From contig JAYFQU010000023.1 of the NCBI GenBank assembly GCA_034926785.1, forward strand, positions 458-64,457: DNA of 64,000 nt, read 5' to 3'. Within the stretch, counting starts at the first letter, position 1. Each line of letters starts with the position of its first letter. The position numbers and the translations under genes were made by a program. Shown here in pieces: positions 35,474 to 44,241 of this stretch. A model generated the notes under the pieces. The model did not search any database. It had not been told where the DNA came from and saw nothing but the letters and a program-made list of their open reading frames with translations. Source of the stretch: Christensenella sp. Its GTDB lineage: Bacteria; Bacillota; Clostridia; Christensenellales; CAG-138.

Positions 35474-36043
35474 TTATCCGCCGATTTCCCGGATGAAATT
35501 TGTAACGACACCCAGAATTGCATCCTGGCGGATGAGTCCGATCCTGCTGTCGCGGCTGTCAATCGATTCCGCGCGGTTGTCGCCAAGCACAAACACCGTT
35601 CCCGCCGCAACCGTGATTTCCTGCATGCCGCTGTTGCCCAGCTGGTCCGGCAGAATAAAGGGTTCCTCCTCGAGTACATGGTTTCGAATCAGGCGCCCAT
35701 CCGCGCTGATCGATATGGTGTCTCCGGGCAGGCCAGCCACGCGCTTAACCACGCGGCCGTAGAGAGATCCGGCGTCGAAAATCACCAGATCGTTGAAGCG
35801 TAGCTTCGTAAACCCCGTATAGTAAACGCGATCTCCCGTCCGCAGGGTCGGTTCCATCGATCCGCCAACCACGGTATACTGGCGGATGCCAAGCAGCAGC
35901 ACGACGACGCCGAGCAGCAGGAGCACCAGCAACGAAAGAACCACGCGCGCGGTTTTACGTTTTTTATGCGCGGGGATGCTCTGCTCGTCCGGCCGGCCTT
36001 CCGTCCAATCAATGTCCCCGTCGCTGTGTGATGAGTATGGCAT
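35474..36043 (-). CDS. lepB: Signal peptidase I
   Basis: One TM segment, then VVGGSMEPTLRTGDRV (catalytic Ser box), NDLVIFD, VKRVAGLPGD, and GDNRAESIDSR. Confidence 0.9.
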   Translation of the reverse strand: MPYSSHSDGDIDWTEGRPDEQSIPAHKKRKTARVVLSLLVLLLLGVVVLLLGIRQYTVVGGSMEPTLRTGDRVYYTGFTKLRFNDLVIFDAGSLYGRVVKRVAGLPGDTISISADGRLIRNHVLEEEPFILPDQLGNSGMQEITVAAGTVFVLGDNRAESIDSRDSRIGLIRQDAILGVVTNFIREIGG

Positions 36044-37500
36044 GAAAACTGCCTTTCGTTCCGCCGGAAGCCGTGTTCACAATGCTTCCGAGCAAGATGA
36101 TCGCGCCCTTCCCGCGCCGCGGCTTGCCTCGCCTGAGCGTAACCGGGTCAGCCGCAACCGTTAACACTGCGGCAAATGCGCTTATTTTCTGTGACATTGT
36201 ATGATTTAAGGCACATTTTCAACGCCAATTTGCACATTTTTTCGCAGGATTGTCGCCCGCAATCGTTCGTTTAACGCCCGAATAAACACATTTTAACAGT
36301 TTATACTTCCGTATCCTGTTTCGCGTACGATTCAATCCGGCCTGCGGTCTTTTTGCCGAGAGCCGAAAGGCACGCCTTGCTCTGTTATCCCCAATTGTTC
36401 CTATTATACAATCGATGGCAACCGAAGTCCATATCTTTGCCTTTATCGCGGCGCTCAACAGCTTGCCCGCGCAGGAAACCATCTACCTCCGTCAATGTTT
36501 CTATGCGTAAAGCCAACGAACCAGGCCAAACGCATCGCAGTTGGGCGGCAGGTCTGCTCGGCAGGGGCTAAAATCGCACGGCAGGCGGGCAGTTGAGCGC
36601 GCAATCAGCCGCCCGTACGCCGCCCATTGTTCGCCGGTGCGCTAAATAATAGAAAGCGTCTCAACCGCTCCGGCCGTTGCTTTATCCTCGGCCAAGTCGA
36701 ATTTCTGCCAGATATACCCCTCCAAAATCTCGCATTTCTTACTCAAATCGGCGCGCCACAGAACGATGCGCCTGAACCTCGCTGTTGCAGTGTGTATTCA
36801 TGCCGTAAGTTACATTGTAATATTACCGTATAGTATGGCTGTATAATCACTTGACAGTAGTCCGTTTATTTGATAAGTTATGCCCTGTAGATGTTTGTAG
36901 AGTGCCGGAGTTTTTTTCATCGACGCATGGCGAACTTCCCGGAAAACTGTTAATATTTCATGAATTTTATCGGTTTTTTATGCAATCGATCTGCGTTTCG
37001 GTTACTATTGTTACAAGGTGTTTATGCAGGCAACACAGGCAATTTGGCCCGAACAGACCTATGACACGGCAGCTTAATATCACGCATAATGTTAAGTAGC
37101 CTCAGCCGAACTCCAGGCGGATCCACGGAACAGCCCGATTGCGTTTAAAACCGTCAAATTAAGTAACAATACGATGCCATGCAACCGGTTCATTTATACA
37201 GAAATCGAATGTTTTTGCTCCCACGGGTGGTATCTATGCATCGCAGAATGCCACAAAATGTTGGTATGAGTCTGGCCCGATGATCGTTGGTTTTGCGGTT
37301 TGGCTGCTTGTCTCCGCTATCCTTCGGAAGGATCGTCCGCACAAGCCCAACGGGTTAACACGTTTTTGCAGTATTTCGTTCAAAAAGACGTTTCCCCGAG
37401 ATACTGTCCGGTGTCTGCCCGCAGGGGGCGTGCGCTGTCATTGCTTCCCGTGATCGGCGCACTTTGATATCCATATATTGATGCGTTTCTTCCCATGTAT

Positions 37501-37580
37501 ATGGCACACCCGGCGAAAGCCGGGGTCGCAAAGCTAAAGGGCCTACCGGCACGCAATTGCCCATGGTAGCCAGCCGCCGA
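37501..37580 (+). promoter_or_regulatory. c-di-GMP-I (GEMM-I) riboswitch aptamer, by-eye match
   Basis: The sequence is AUGGCACACC-CGGC-GAAA-GCCG-GGGUCGCAAAGCUAAAGGGCCUACCGGCACGCAAUUGCCCAUGGUAGCCAGCCGCCGA. A GAAA-capped P2 is flanked by GCAnACC / GGGnCGC. The CGCAAAGC junction is present. The P3 arms are CCUACC / GGUAGCC, followed by an AGCCAGnnGCCGA tail as in known class I aptamers. Confidence 0.75.
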
Positions 37581-37647
37581 ATGAAGAACGCGCGTTTTCA
37601 TGCGTCAGGCATGTTATTTGGTTTATCGTCTATCCATCTATAAACGC

Positions 37648-37686
37648 AGCGGTTCAAATTCGCGGGAATTTCGAACTGCTTTTTTT
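37648..37686 (+). terminator. Rho-independent terminator acting as the expression platform upstream of the tad operon
   Basis: AGCGGTTCAAATTC-gcgg-GAATTT(c)GAACTGCT followed by a further run of six T (37681-37686), about 50 nt before the RBS AGGAGA and ATG 37738. Confidence 0.75.
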
Positions 37687-37737
37687 GTTCCCAAAAAGTA
37701 AACCTCTGGTGTTATTTTGAATTGAACAGGAGAACCC

Positions 37738-38370
37738 ATGATGCAAGTTTTACTGCCGGTGCTGTCTGGCGCTGCATTGGGCGCCGCGCTGGCGGTGCCC
37801 GTCCGGCTGATCTCGGCATTTTTGCTCCGGCAGCGCGGATTAGCCCCTGAGATGGAGCAAAACCATTTCGTGATACTCCTCGCGAGCCTTGTGCTCACCG
37901 GCGGCGCCATCGGGTGGCGCGCGGGATTTTCGTTTCACGGACTGTATCTTGTGTTCGTGATGGTGATCTCCGCCTGCGCGTTTTATATTGACGCAAAGCA
38001 CCGGGTCATTCCAAACGAGCTGGTGCTGGCGATCCTGCTTCTCACCGCGCTGTTTGGCTTTACGGGCGCAATCCCCTTTCGGATCTGGTCCTCTCTGCTG
38101 GGCTTTGCAGCGTGTTTTGTCATCTTTTTTCTGCCGAGTCTGTTTGGGAAAAACATCGGCGCGGGAGATGTCAAACTTGCGGCGGCAATGGGGTTTGCGC
38201 TCGGCTTAACGGGCAGCCTCTACGCGGTTGTCTGCATGGGACTTCTGGTGCTGGCATACGTGCTTCTTGACAAGCGCATGCCGCTGCCGCAGAGATTGAA
38301 GGAAATGATCCCTATGGGGCCGTTTCTTGCGCTGGCGCTGGTCGTCGTGCTATTGGTGCCTCAGGCATAG
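37738..38370 (+). CDS. tadV: Prepilin peptidase, A24 family (TadV/CpaA-like)
   Basis: Multi-TM protein with YIDAKHRVIPNELV and the catalytic GAGDVKLAAAMG box. It is the first gene after the riboswitch/terminator. Confidence 0.85.
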   Translation: MMQVLLPVLSGAALGAALAVPVRLISAFLLRQRGLAPEMEQNHFVILLASLVLTGGAIGWRAGFSFHGLYLVFVMVISACAFYIDAKHRVIPNELVLAILLLTALFGFTGAIPFRIWSSLLGFAACFVIFFLPSLFGKNIGAGDVKLAAAMGFALGLTGSLYAVVCMGLLVLAYVLLDKRMPLPQRLKEMIPMGPFLALALVVVLLVPQA

Positions 38371-38620
38371 GGTTTGCAACAGCTGTGCTAGAAAGACATG
38401 ATACGAGGATCTCTTTTTCAGGGTGGCGAGGTGAAAGTTGGGACTTTTCTCCCGTCCCAAAAAGGGAGAATGGATAGGGCATCGGATCCGGCCGCGTCTC
38501 AAGCGTGGCATCGTCTTCCGTTTTGCACGATGAAGCAAAGCGGCGAACTTGCTCTTAACGACATCAACGATGCGTTGATGATCGTCATTTGAGAATAAAA
38601 TAATAAGGAGAAACGACACT

Positions 38621-38779
38621 ATGAAGAACTTTCTGAAGAATGAAGCAGGTCAGGGCATGGTAGAATACGGCCTCATCATCGCGCTCGTCGCGGTCGTCGT
38701 CATCGTCGCAATCAAAGCCCTCGGCGGCAATGTTGCGAGCACCTTCAACTCCGTCGCCGGCAACCTCACCAACCCCTGA
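38621..38779 (+). CDS. flp: Flp-family type IVb/c pilin (52 aa)
   Basis: MKNFLKNEAGQG|MVEYGLIIALVAVVVIVAIKALGGNVASTFNSVAGNLTNP shows the Flp motif G/xxEYxLI plus a hydrophobic helix. AAGGAG RBS at 38606-38611. It is too short for the ORF track. Confidence 0.88.
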   Translation: MKNFLKNEAGQGMVEYGLIIALVAVVVIVAIKALGGNVASTFNSVAGNLTNP

Positions 38780-38817
38780 TAACTCCTGATTCAAAAACAG
38801 GAAAGGCAATCCAGACC

Positions 38818-38973
38818 ATGAAATGCTTCTGGGTCAACGAAGTCGGTCAGGGAGTCGTGGAATACGGCCTGATCATTGCGCTTGTCGCAACCGTGGTCAT
38901 CGTCGGTCTCAAGCTGGTTGGCGGTAGCACGAATTCGTTTTTCTCCGGTGTCAGCGAAGACTGGCCCTCGTGA
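38818..38973 (+). CDS. flp: Second Flp-family pilin (51 aa)
   Basis: MKCFWVNEVGQG|VVEYGLIIALVATVVIVGLKLVGGSTNSFFSGVSEDWPS. AGGAAAGG is upstream. It is too short for the ORF track. Confidence 0.82.
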   Translation: MKCFWVNEVGQGVVEYGLIIALVATVVIVGLKLVGGSTNSFFSGVSEDWPS

Positions 38974-39205
38974 TCAAAACGGGTTCGATCAACGGAGGAC
39001 TCGATAATCCCATGCTCGCGAAAACAATACAGCCTTAACGCATATTTGCGTTGGGTAATTGTGTTGTTGTCTGATGTTACGCAAATGCAGGGCGAATTTC
39101 ATGATTTGCGCGACTTTGCGCCCCAAAGCGATCCGGTAATTCTTGCCTGCCGCGCGCGATCGTTTATCCGCGTACGGCAAGCGGCCCATACCACAACAAA
39201 TGTTT

Positions 39206-39248
39206 CGGAATGAGAGCGACCGCTTGATAGTCGGGCGCTCTCATTCCG
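39206..39248 (+). other. Perfect 13-bp stem-loop in the flp-tadE intergenic region
   Basis: CGGAATGAGAGCG-n17-CGCTCTCATTCCG with no U-tract. It may be an mRNA processing or stability element separating pilin genes from machinery genes. Confidence 0.6.
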
Positions 39249-39414
39249 GCACTTGTGAGAACGTATGCGGCATTTCCGCCTCCGTCCCGGTTCTGGCAAC
39301 TCTGGAGACGTGTTTTTCGTCGGTATCTCTTCCGCCGCGAGGGAGTTCTTATCGCGGCCAAAGAAATACGGATGATCGTTGGGCGGGGACGCTGCGAAAA
39401 AAGAGGTGATCACC

Positions 39415-39831
39415 ATGAAACAAATGCTGTTACGTAAGCGACGCGAGGGCGGGCAATCCGTCGTTGAGTTCGCTCTGGCGCTGCCTCTCGTGTTGCTGCT
39501 CATCTGCGGCATGGTGGAGTTGGGTTGGCTCGCCTCCTCCCGGCAAGTTTTGGATACCATGACGCGGGAAGGCACTCGCGCGGGGATTGTCGCCGCAACC
39601 ACAACGGCCAGCAGGACGGCCGTCACCAACCGCGTTAACGCAGTAAAACCGGGCTACATGAAAAATACGGTGACCATAACGGTTACATTTTCCAACGCGG
39701 CGAGCTTTAAAGACGGCGATATCACCGTCGCCACCGCCTATGATCTGCCGCCGCTGACGCCGCTCACCGAATTTTTAACCCCGGACGGAACGTTTCATCT
39801 GCATTCAACTTATACGATGAAGATGGGCTAG
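39415..39831 (+). CDS. tadE: TadE/TadF-like pseudopilin
   Basis: MKQMLLRKRREGGQSVVEFALALPLVLLLICGMVELGW is the TadE-type N-terminus. AAGAGGTGA RBS. Start trimmed from 39379. Confidence 0.8.
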   Translation: MKQMLLRKRREGGQSVVEFALALPLVLLLICGMVELGWLASSRQVLDTMTREGTRAGIVAATTTASRTAVTNRVNAVKPGYMKNTVTITVTFSNAASFKDGDITVATAYDLPPLTPLTEFLTPDGTFHLHSTYTMKMG

Positions 39832-39999
39832 CGTCCTGGTATCCCCGCTGCGAACAGCTGCCCCGATGGAGGGCGTGGCCACCCGCAGTGGTTTACGCGT
39901 TCGCCGGTTTTATCCCCGGTCTATCTGTTTCCCACAGAATATCTCTTCTCAGCCGGGATCCAACACCTCCCGGCAGATCCGTTTCGGAGGTCTGAAAGA

Positions 40000-40794
40000 A
40001 TGAAGAAAATCGTCGTGTTCGCCCTGATCGCCGCCCTGTGCGCCGGCGTTTTGCTGTATTATTATCTCGGCAATCTCGAAGCGCAAAAGCAGGTTAAGGT
40101 AGAGTATGAGCAGGTGGTCGTCGCCGCGACGAATATCCCGGCATATACGCCAATCACCAATGAAATGGTGACGTTCAAGCAAATTCCGCAGGGGTTTGCG
40201 CATCCGCTGGCGGCCCACTCCGTAGAAGAAGTAGTCGGCTTTGTCACCGAAAGCGCGCTGATCGAAGGGGAACAAATCCTCCCGACAAAGCTAAAGCAGC
40301 TCGGTCAGACCGAAAGCGGGCTTTCTTACATCGTCCCGGAGGGCATGCGCGCGGTTACCGTTGCAGTGGATGAGGTGTCCGGTGTTGCCGGCTTTATTCA
40401 GCGCGGCGATTATGTGGACGTAATTTCCTATACCAGCACTTCCTACGACATGACCGCCGCCAAGCCGCAGCAGGATGAAGCGGCGACAGGCGAGCAGACG
40501 GCGGCAGCAGGCTCCAGCGGCGGTCCGTCTCAAGGGACAACGCTGATCGCAGCGCAAAACGTCTGCGTTGCGGCCGTCGGGACTTCACTCTCAAGTTCCG
40601 GTGCCGTCACGGAGGACGGTGGACCGGCCAGCTATACGAGTGTAACGCTGTTTTTATCGCCGGAAGACGCAATGCGCGTCATTCAAGGCTCCAGAAGCGG
40701 TTCTATCGTGCTGGTGATGCGCGCTTCGGGTGATCACACAGGCAACCTGCAGAATCCGATCGTCAACGATTCACTGCTGGAAAAGGCGGAATAG
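40000..40794 (+). CDS. cpaB: Flp pilus assembly protein CpaB/RcpC
   Basis: An N-terminal TM anchor, a SAF-like segment (VVVAATNIPAYTPITNEMV), and an RcpC-like C-terminus (GMRAVTVAVDEVSGVAGFIQRGDYVDV). Confidence 0.82.
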   Translation: MKKIVVFALIAALCAGVLLYYYLGNLEAQKQVKVEYEQVVVAATNIPAYTPITNEMVTFKQIPQGFAHPLAAHSVEEVVGFVTESALIEGEQILPTKLKQLGQTESGLSYIVPEGMRAVTVAVDEVSGVAGFIQRGDYVDVISYTSTSYDMTAAKPQQDEAATGEQTAAAGSSGGPSQGTTLIAAQNVCVAAVGTSLSSSGAVTEDGGPASYTSVTLFLSPEDAMRVIQGSRSGSIVLVMRASGDHTGNLQNPIVNDSLLEKAE

Positions 40795-40801
40795 CGAAAT
40801 C

Positions 40802-41941
40802 ATGGAAAAGAACTCAACCGGTATTCGCATCATGCTCGCGGCGTTCTCCGCCGATGACAGAAAACTGATCTCCAGTCTGCTCACGGATGAAGCGCTTCGC
40901 GTCACCAGTATGTTTCGCCCGGATAACGACGGGTTAAAAAAGGCATCCTCCCAACCGGCGGATGTCCTTTTGATTGGTACACGCGGCAAGCCGGAGCAAG
41001 AGTTGGACTTTGCGGAGCGGATGTTTACCGCGCGCAGCGATATCACCATCCTTCTGCTCTCCCCTGTGCTGGACAGCCGTATGCTTGCCCGCGCGATGGA
41101 GTGCGGAATCGCCCGCGTGATCGACATCGGCAGCGGCGAACACAATATCCGGACGCAGATCCTTGCCGCCGCAAATCGGGACCAGAACCGACGCAGCAGT
41201 ACACAGAAAATCGCGAGTTATGATTCCAAGATTGTTGCCTGTTACTCCCCGAAGGGCGGCGTTGGTAAAACGACGCTGGCGGTCAATCTCGCGTATGCGC
41301 TCACATCCCTGAATAAGAAAGTTGCGCTGATCGATTTAAGCCTTCAGTTTGGCGAGGTCGGCGTATATTTGGATATCCCCAAGGGGGATACCATCGCGGA
41401 TATGGTGGAGGAGCACTCGTTTGAACTCTCCACGGTCAAGAGTTATCTCATTCGCCATCAGAGCGGCATACAGGTGATGCTCTCCAGCAGTTCGCCGGAG
41501 TATGCCGAGCTGATTCGCCCGGAGCATATCGACGCAATCCTCTCCTCGCTGCGAACGGAGTTTGACTATATTCTGGTCGATATGGGCGTTTCCATCGGGG
41601 ACTGCGCCATTGCCGCACTGGAAACGGCGGATACGATCATGCTCGTTGTCACCGAGGACATCGCCGCTCTGCACGACGCAAAACGAAGCATTAAGGTTTT
41701 GGAGGCGCTCAACCAGCAGGATAAAATTAAACTTGTGGTCAATAAAGATGGGATCTCCACCATCAAGGTTAAGAACATTACCTCTCTATTGGAGATGACG
41801 CCGGCGCTGGTCATACCGTATGATTTAAAATCTGCGATGCTCGCCGTAAACCGCGGGATTCCGCTGCTCAACTGCGCGCCCAATTCCAAGGCGTCCAAAG
41901 AGATCTTTGCCTTTGCGCGCAGCATGATTCGGAGGGTATAA
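40802..41941 (+). CDS. tadZ: TadZ/CpaE: atypical receiver domain plus ParA/MinD-type ATPase
   Basis: A REC-like N-terminus (IRIMLAAFSADDRKL...ADVLLIGTRG) where Gly sits at the expected phospho-acceptor Asp. Deviant Walker A YSPKGGVGKTTLAVNLA. Start trimmed from 40730. Confidence 0.85.
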   Translation: MEKNSTGIRIMLAAFSADDRKLISSLLTDEALRVTSMFRPDNDGLKKASSQPADVLLIGTRGKPEQELDFAERMFTARSDITILLLSPVLDSRMLARAMECGIARVIDIGSGEHNIRTQILAAANRDQNRRSSTQKIASYDSKIVACYSPKGGVGKTTLAVNLAYALTSLNKKVALIDLSLQFGEVGVYLDIPKGDTIADMVEEHSFELSTVKSYLIRHQSGIQVMLSSSSPEYAELIRPEHIDAILSSLRTEFDYILVDMGVSIGDCAIAALETADTIMLVVTEDIAALHDAKRSIKVLEALNQQDKIKLVVNKDGISTIKVKNITSLLEMTPALVIPYDLKSAMLAVNRGIPLLNCAPNSKASKEIFAFARSMIRRV

Positions 41942-41943
41942 CC

Positions 41944-43254
41944 ATGGGGTTATTAGAACGGCTGGATAAAAAAACGCCGCTCACGCCAAACGGCGCAACC
42001 GTGCCGGTGGAGGCGGACGAACCTGCGCTGTTGCGCGAGCGCGTGCATTATCAAGTTGTTGAGACGCTGAACAAGCGCGATGAAAAGCACAGCGGGGGCG
42101 CAAATGAAGCGGAGACACGCGCAATTATCGATTCCGCATTGGAGCAGCAGGCCTCCAGCATGGCGCGGCCGGAGCGCATACGCATCGCCTCCGAAATCTA
42201 TGATTCTATCCGTGGTCTTGGGCCGTTGGAAAAGCTGCTTGCCGACGACTCCATCAGCGAAATCATGGTGAACGGAGCCAAGCAGGTGTTCATCGAACGC
42301 CGGGGCAAACTGATTCAGAGCGACGTCTCCTTCTATGATAACGATCAGTTGCTGAACGTAATTGACCGCATCGTCTCCCCGCTGGGGCGTCATATTGACG
42401 AGGCAAACCCGATGGTGGACGCGCGTCTGTCAGACGGTTCGCGCGTCAATGCGGTGATCCCCCCGCTTTCGTTAAAAGGGCCTCTGCTCACGATTCGAAA
42501 GTTTTCCAAAACGCCTCTGACCGTGGATAACCTGATCAGCTACGGCAGCCTCACCATGAAAATGGCCGCCTTTTTGGAGGCCTGCGTCAAGGGCCGGCTC
42601 AATATCGTCGTCTCCGGCGGAACGGGCAGCGGAAAAACAACGCTGCTCAACGTGCTCTCCGCCTATATTCCATATGACGAGCGCATCGTAACCATCGAGG
42701 ATGCCGCGGAAATCCAGCTGCAGCAGCGCCATGTTCTGACATTAGAGGCACGCCCGGCAAATCTCGAAGGAACCGGGCAGATCACCATACGCGATCTTGT
42801 GCGAAACGCGCTGCGTATGCGGCCGGACCGCATCATCGTTGGCGAGGTGCGCGGCGGTGAGGCGCTGGATATGTTGCAGGCCATGAATACCGGTCACGAC
42901 GGCTCCCTCACCACCGGACATGCGAACTCTACCAGGGATATGCTCGCGCGATTGGAGACTATGGTGCTTATGGCGGGCATGAATTTGCCGCTATCCGCCA
43001 TCCGCCAGCAGATTGCGTCCTCTATCGATATTATCGTGCAGCAATCCCGCATGCGGGACGGGAGCCGCAAGATCATCAGCGTCAGCGAGGTCGTCGGTAT
43101 GGAAGGCGACGTGATTATTACGCAGGAGATCTTTACCTTTGACGCGGGCGATGGACGCTCTCCCGGGCGTTTTCGCGCAACGGGCATCAAGCCCCGCTGT
43201 GCGGAGAAGCTCTTGGCCGCAGGCGCGGGCCTCAAGGATGAATGGTTTAACTAA
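41944..43254 (+). CDS. tadA: Tad secretion ATPase (CpaF/TadA)
   Basis: [14 protein letters not shown] (Walker A), [33 protein letters not shown] (Asp/His boxes of VirB11/PilB-like ATPases). Confidence 0.9.
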   Translation: MGLLERLDKKTPLTPNGATVPVEADEPALLRERVHYQVVETLNKRDEKHSGGANEAETRAIIDSALEQQASSMARPERIRIASEIYDSIRGLGPLEKLLADDSISEIMVNGAKQVFIERRGKLIQSDVSFYDNDQLLNVIDRIVSPLGRHIDEANPMVDARLSDGSRVNAVIPPLSLKGPLLTIRKFSKTPLTVDNLISYGSLTMKMAAFLEACVKGRLNIVVSGGTGSGKTTLLNVLSAYIPYDERIVTIEDAAEIQLQQRHVLTLEARPANLEGTGQITIRDLVRNALRMRPDRIIVGEVRGGEALDMLQAMNTGHDGSLTTGHANSTRDMLARLETMVLMAGMNLPLSAIRQQIASSIDIIVQQSRMRDGSRKIISVSEVVGMEGDVIITQEIFTFDAGDGRSPGRFRATGIKPRCAEKLLAAGAGLKDEWFN

Positions 43255-43296
43255 GAGAATGAACATGAGATTTTCTATGGAAAGGAAGCGCATCCT

Positions 43297-44226
43297 ATGA
43301 CTCGGATTCTGGTTGTCATCGTCTGCATGATTGCTTCCTATTTCATTTTTTACATCATTGCGACGGTGCGCACCAAGGAAAAGCGCGCGATGGATCAGCG
43401 CGTTCGCGCTCTGTTTGACGTTGTCCCGGAAGAGGGCGCTTCCAAACGCTTAAAAAAAGAAAGGCATAAGATTCATCCGCGCCGACTCGATCAGATTGCG
43501 GACGAGCTTTACGTCGCCGGCGTTGCGCTCCGCGCGGAAGAGTTTATCACGATCTGGATTCTGACCGGCGCCGTTATCCCTGCCGCCGTTTTGTTCCTCG
43601 GCGCGTCAACGAGTCTCTGCATCGGGCTTGTCATCATCGGCGGAGCGGCGCCCATCTCTTGGGTTACCATCAAGCGCAATAAACGCCTTACGTTGTTTGG
43701 AACACAGCTTTCCGACGCGCTGACGATCATCTGCAATGCGCTTCGGGTTGGGCAATCCTTTCAAACCGCGATGAAGAGCGTCGCCGACGAAATGGAGGAG
43801 CCGATCTCCCGCGAGTTCATGCGCGTCTATCGTGAAACGCAGTATGGCATGCCGCTCGAGACCAGCCTCGCCCGACTGGTCGCCCGAACCCAGAATTCCG
43901 ATCTCGATTTGGTTTGCTCCGCAGTCGTGATCCAGCGTCAGATCGGCGGCAATCTCGCTGTCATCCTCGAGAACATCTCCGATACCATCAACCAGCGCAT
44001 CCGTCTGCGCGGCGAAGTGAAAACCATGACTTCTGCCGGAAGGCTGAGCGGATATATCGTCGGCGCGTTGCCGGTCTTTATCATCGTACTGCTGATGTTT
44101 CTCAATCCCGGATATGTGGACATGTTTTTCTCCACACAATCCGGGCGGATCATGTTGATGGTTTGTGTCGTGATGGAGGCGATTGGATTCGCCTTTGTCC
44201 GGAAAATTGTCAACATCAAGATGTAG
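43297..44226 (+). CDS. tadB: Type II secretion system F-domain membrane protein TadB
   Basis: 309 aa with T2SSF-type topology and the motif LSDALTIICNALRVGQSFQTAM. Confidence 0.82.
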   Translation: MTRILVVIVCMIASYFIFYIIATVRTKEKRAMDQRVRALFDVVPEEGASKRLKKERHKIHPRRLDQIADELYVAGVALRAEEFITIWILTGAVIPAAVLFLGASTSLCIGLVIIGGAAPISWVTIKRNKRLTLFGTQLSDALTIICNALRVGQSFQTAMKSVADEMEEPISREFMRVYRETQYGMPLETSLARLVARTQNSDLDLVCSAVVIQRQIGGNLAVILENISDTINQRIRLRGEVKTMTSAGRLSGYIVGALPVFIIVLLMFLNPGYVDMFFSTQSGRIMLMVCVVMEAIGFAFVRKIVNIKM

Positions 44227-44241
44227 AAAGGAGCGCGCTGC

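Noticed and set aside
34027-35496. 489-aa ORF on the + strand
   Set aside because: It is antisense to the NlpC/P60 gene. The composition is Arg/Gly-rich shadow sequence.
36044-36200. ydaO (c-di-AMP) riboswitch upstream of lepB and the NlpC/P60 gene
   Set aside because: There is a superficial GTCAGC..AACC similarity only. The conserved GGGGACCCA and GGGGUGAAUC-type elements are absent on either strand.
37380-37601. 73-aa ORF on the - strand in the tad upstream region
   Set aside because: It has no RBS, it overlaps the GEMM-I-like aptamer on the opposite strand, and its composition is not protein-like.
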